A DNA stretch of 28,876 bases from Fibrobacteria bacterium (GTDB taxonomy: Bacteria > Fibrobacterota > Fibrobacteria > UBA11236), in assembly GCA_043732185.1 (NCBI GenBank), contig JAYTHY010000085.1, positions 1 through 28,876 of the forward strand, written 5' to 3'. A program made the translations under genes and the position numbers. The notes beneath the pieces were generated by a model. That model saw nothing but the letters and a program-made list of their open reading frames with translations, was not told the origin of the DNA and did no database searches. Numbering within the stretch: the first letter of the stretch is position 1; every line of letters starts with the position of its first letter. Positions 25,239-28,876 of the stretch are shown here, piece after piece.

Positions 25239-26765
25239 CTAACCCTTAAATCCGTATTTGGCACGATTCCTGTCGATGAGAATCATAGCGATGATTTTAG
25301 GGACGTACTCGTTGGTTTCTGTTTGCATGAATCCCATGCGGTACACATACCAGAAATCGCGATCATGGACGGGATCCTCGATTTGGCGCAGAACACGGCG
25401 CATTTTATTTCCTCCGGCGTTGTAAGCTGCCATTGTTAAAGCTGCATCCCCGAACTCTGAATAGAGGAGATGCAGATACTTGGCTGCGGCTCGCGTCGAC
25501 AATTGAGGCTGTGTTCGATCGTCCTGATTAGATGGCAGGGTTTTCCATTCTTCGGGGACGATAAGATTGTACTCCCGGGCCGTTTCTGGAACCATTTGCC
25601 ATAATCCCCTGGCATCATTCCCGCTCTGAGCCACCGAATCCAATAGGCTTTCCTGCATTGCGATGTAAAAAAAGTCTCCGGGAACTTTCATTCGTTTCAA
25701 TTCCTGCCGGATAAGCGATTCGTATTTCGATTTACGGGCGAATCCGGTGACAAGGGTGGCTCTATTAGCCGGCAAACAGAAATAGTCTATTTGATCCTGA
25801 ACACTTTTTATAAAAGTTTCCGGAATGATAAATCCTTTTTTCCCCATCTCTTCCAAAATTTGATGGACATCATTTCCAAGCGCCAAACTATAGGTTGGTG
25901 CACGGTCCGGAATTCTTAATTTTTCTCGAATCTGGACCAATTGATGCTCGGCTGAAAGCAACTGGTCGACGAGTTTTATTTTTTCCGCCAATACTTCAGC
26001 GCCCGGACCGGATACGGCGTTTAAGCCAAACTCCAAGGCATGGATTTGGCTTACCAAATCTCCTTGCTTTTTTATTCTCGCACGATAATTCAAGTTTTGA
26101 AAAGCTAAAACGGAAACAGCAAGTAAAAAGAGGCATCCAATTCCACCACCAATCCAGAAAATTCGTTTGCGCGAATTAGCGAATGTGTTGCCAAGCTCAC
26201 CCATCCAATCCGCCACACGTTCGGGTAAAACCCCTCCTTGCAGCAGTCTCGATAGCCGCGCTGGATCCTTTAATAGGGCCTGCATGACCTCTTGCGGACT
26301 ATTTGATTTTCTCAATCGTTTGGCCATTTCCATGATCAAACTTTTACTGCCTTTGGTAGCACTGTCAGAAAACATCCCAACATGGGCAACCGCCATGGTT
26401 GTGGTGGCACGCCCGCGAAGCATAAGCGAATCGCCTTCGTCACTGACCCCCTGGGTAACGTCCATGACGTTCACCCGCATGGCCGGTCCCGCGGGACCAA
26501 GGCTGATAATCTCCCCGCCTAAAAGCTCTCGTTCCGCTATGCGGGTCTTACCCACAAAAGTGCCATTCGTACTGTCCAAGTCCTTGAGCCAAAGAACTTG
26601 GGCCTTCAAGACAACTAAGGCATGCCTGCCGGAAACGATGCCGTTGTTTTCACCCGTAAAGGATAAATCATTGCCATGGCTACGGCCTAAGGTAAGCGAA
26701 GAGACGACCTCCACCTTTTTGCCTTGAGCTGAGCCATCCAACATTTCCAGGAAAAATCGTTTCAA
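25239..26765 (-). CDS. FHA domain - TM - coiled coil - SLT (MltD-like) lytic transglycosylase fusion
   Basis: TTG start after GGAGGA. FHA residues LGRS, VSGRH and STNGTF. TM helix IFWIGGGIGCLFLLAVSVLAF. SLT motifs QES (catalytic Glu), GLWQM, AAYNAG and ETNEYV. Confidence 0.88.
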   Translation of the reverse strand: MKRFFLEMLDGSAQGKKVEVVSSLTLGRSHGNDLSFTGENNGIVSGRHALVVLKAQVLWLKDLDSTNGTFVGKTRIAERELLGGEIISLGPAGPAMRVNVMDVTQGVSDEGDSLMLRGRATTTMAVAHVGMFSDSATKGSKSLIMEMAKRLRKSNSPQEVMQALLKDPARLSRLLQGGVLPERVADWMGELGNTFANSRKRIFWIGGGIGCLFLLAVSVLAFQNLNYRARIKKQGDLVSQIHALEFGLNAVSGPGAEVLAEKIKLVDQLLSAEHQLVQIREKLRIPDRAPTYSLALGNDVHQILEEMGKKGFIIPETFIKSVQDQIDYFCLPANRATLVTGFARKSKYESLIRQELKRMKVPGDFFYIAMQESLLDSVAQSGNDARGLWQMVPETAREYNLIVPEEWKTLPSNQDDRTQPQLSTRAAAKYLHLLYSEFGDAALTMAAYNAGGNKMRRVLRQIEDPVHDRDFWYVYRMGFMQTETNEYVPKIIAMILIDRNRAKYGFKG

Positions 26766-26923
26766 GATTCCTCCGATCTGGTCTTCTATCTTAACGCCAT
26801 CCCGAAGCTAAAACAATCGCGGGAAATATGCCAATAAGCATGCCAATGGGAAAGGCATTATTAATCAAATTAAGCTGGGAAGCCCATAAGACCCAAGCAA
26901 AAAAAACTAAACAGCAGTGGATA

Positions 26924-28876
26924 TTATTCGTTCGGTTTAAAAACAGGTTCCCGATTTGTGTCCGGCACGGCGGGGCCCATTAAAATTTTTGATAAAGTTT
27001 GCGCCGAAATTCCTGGACTGTACGGAACTTTTAGAGATGCTGGAATTGCAGGCAGCCCCAATCGCCCCTGATTTACGGAAGCCATTGGAAAGCCTTCCGG
27101 CCGACCACGTTGTTCAAGTGGCAGCTGGAGCAATGGCATCAAGCTTGGGCGCAGCATTTTAAGAAGCTGTACGGGTAGTGAACTCGTAAAACCATATTCC
27201 TTGGCCACATCTCCATGCACATGAGCTGTCAAGGTTCCAAAAAATCGGTCTCCCAGAAAAAAAACGAAAGTGGCTGTACGATTTACTACGCGGGACTCCA
27301 ATACCTGTCCGCTTTTACTTACGGTTTCAAAGCGTTGATCTCCAGTGCCCGTCTTTCCTCCCAGCGGAATATAAGCGTCATTTGATAGTGGAAAAGCTTT
27401 GAAGCCCCTAACGGCCGTACCTTTTTCAACAATATCCAGCAAAGCGGCTTTTACGGTTCGACAGATTTCCGGGGAAAGCAAACGCTGGTAGGAAGTATCT
27501 TGGCGAGCGAAATTGGTTTCATAGGGCGTGCCATTGGCAAATCGCATCCGGTCGATTAGGACTGACGGATATTTCACGCCATCATTGAGCACTATGCCCA
27601 CCAATTCCGCCAAGGCATTGGGTCTATCCGCTGAACTTCCGATAGCGGTGGCAAAGGACGGGACCAACGAACCGAATGGGTAACCTAGACGTTGCCAGGC
27701 TTTGTGAATATCGAGAAAGGCCTCCATCTCCATGATGCCGCGAATGCGTGAGTCCTGGGCAGCTTTGTGCCGAGTTCTAAAAAGCCATTGATAGGTTTCA
27801 TGCGTTTGGATTAGACTAGCGGATTTAACTTCGGTCCAGGTGGCGGATGGATGTACACGCAAATATCCGACCAACCACAATTCAAGTGGATGCACACCAG
27901 CCACATACCCTAAATCCGCCAGGCCAAGATTCTCTTTGAAATAGTGGGCATGCAAAAGGTCGAGCTGCTTTCCGGGATATAAAGAATCGCCAAGTTGATC
28001 CCTCATGAAGGTGCGAAATCGAAGCGTATCCGCTTGAGGTTCGAGCGTCAGGAATGCCGTAGCTATCCGACGCGGTGCAGGCCGAAAGCTGTGAAAAAAT
28101 GTTTCCGTTATTTTCTCGGAATCCAAGCCACGGTATTTTCGATAAAAACGACCCAGAAACAATTGACCTTCCTGTTCGGCGAATTTTTCCAGGTAGACTT
28201 GCCGCTGCGGCGAAGCAGTTGAATCGATCAGCATGGCTCGGGATATAGGGGCCTGGCCGATATAATAGTTTACGATGTCACGCATAAGTCGAATGAACAC
28301 CAGATTAACGGATCGGCGGAACGCCTGTTTGATGGTTTGCACGCCGCCTTCATCGGATTCGAAATTCACAAAGGAATGAATGCCGCCACCGGTAAAGAAA
28401 TGCTCTGAAGTACTGCCGGAATAATTCCTATTCATGGCAGCATCCAACATGGCGGACAATGAAGCATCCTTTGCTGTAGCGAGATAACCAGCGGCCCAGC
28501 GGGTAAGTGCATCCGGACCCTTGACTTCCAATTCCCTGTTGGCTGATACGGAGCGACCCGTCAACCGTTCATGCAAAGCCGTGATGATTTCCAAATAGTT
28601 CACCAACGTTCTCAATTTAGCGGTCGAGCCCAAATCGAGTTTCACTCCATCATTGATATTAAGCGGTTGTTCATAATTGTCAGCCTGCACCCGGAGCAAA
28701 TTCCTTTTTTCCACGGTTTCATATAGGGTAAAGCTATAGACGACACGCGAGGGATCCCCTTTTTCCAAAAGCCGAAATGCATTGAGGCCGGTTGAGTCTA
28801 AAAACTTTCTGTCCGCCAATCTGCGCAGAAATCGAACCACATCCTTTTGCACCTGGCCGTCCAAGGTGGTCCCTAC
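26924..28876 (-). CDS. High-molecular-weight penicillin-binding protein, transpeptidase-containing C-terminal part (5' end outside the window)
   Basis: SxxK (GSTAK), SxN (RSVN) and KTG (GGKTGTG) motifs in order. The frame stays open to the window edge (VGTTLDGQVQ). Confidence 0.85.
   Translation of the reverse strand, partial: VGTTLDGQVQKDVVRFLRRLADRKFLDSTGLNAFRLLEKGDPSRVVYSFTLYETVEKRNLLRVQADNYEQPLNINDGVKLDLGSTAKLRTLVNYLEIITALHERLTGRSVSANRELEVKGPDALTRWAAGYLATAKDASLSAMLDAAMNRNYSGSTSEHFFTGGGIHSFVNFESDEGGVQTIKQAFRRSVNLVFIRLMRDIVNYYIGQAPISRAMLIDSTASPQRQVYLEKFAEQEGQLFLGRFYRKYRGLDSEKITETFFHSFRPAPRRIATAFLTLEPQADTLRFRTFMRDQLGDSLYPGKQLDLLHAHYFKENLGLADLGYVAGVHPLELWLVGYLRVHPSATWTEVKSASLIQTHETYQWLFRTRHKAAQDSRIRGIMEMEAFLDIHKAWQRLGYPFGSLVPSFATAIGSSADRPNALAELVGIVLNDGVKYPSVLIDRMRFANGTPYETNFARQDTSYQRLLSPEICRTVKAALLDIVEKGTAVRGFKAFPLSNDAYIPLGGKTGTGDQRFETVSKSGQVLESRVVNRTATFVFFLGDRFFGTLTAHVHGDVAKEYGFTSSLPVQLLKMLRPSLMPLLQLPLEQRGRPEGFPMASVNQGRLGLPAIPASLKVPYSPGISAQTLSKILMGPAVPDTNREPVFKPNE

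Overview
Bacterial window from a diderm organism. An FCB-group or Fibrobacterota-like origin is an inference from the secreted GH78 with an FlgD-Ig/CTD-like tail and the Bacteroidota-type MarR. Left part (about 1-10.5 kb): a tightly coupled nine-gene minus-strand lipid/polyketide operon. It encodes a ferritin-like di-iron acyl-ACP desaturase homologue, a small membrane protein, a Tat lipoprotein, a fused KS-CLF ketosynthase, an ACP, a GcvT-like aminomethyltransferase, FabG, FabZ with an insertion, and a repeat lipoprotein. A saccharopine-dehydrogenase/trans-enoyl-reductase-like gene converges on it. The five-gene core matches the CylI/AcpC/CylF/CylG/CylZ core of the granadaene (cyl) polyene pathway, but the tailoring genes differ, making this the best candidate for an undescribed system. 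Middle (11-17.3 kb): DUF6069-like membrane protein, a marR with a homopolymer frameshift at its 5' end, a VOC protein, a stand-alone ArsM and a secreted GH78-CBM32 enzyme. Right (17.3-28.9 kb): purD, a DUF3108 protein, a histone H1-like protein, a membrane Ser/Thr kinase, a ClpV/TssH with no T6SS structural genes nearby, an FHA-TM-lytic transglycosylase fusion and a partial penicillin-binding protein. I saw no rRNA, tRNA, CRISPR array or intact transposase. All family calls come from motif recognition, not database searches.
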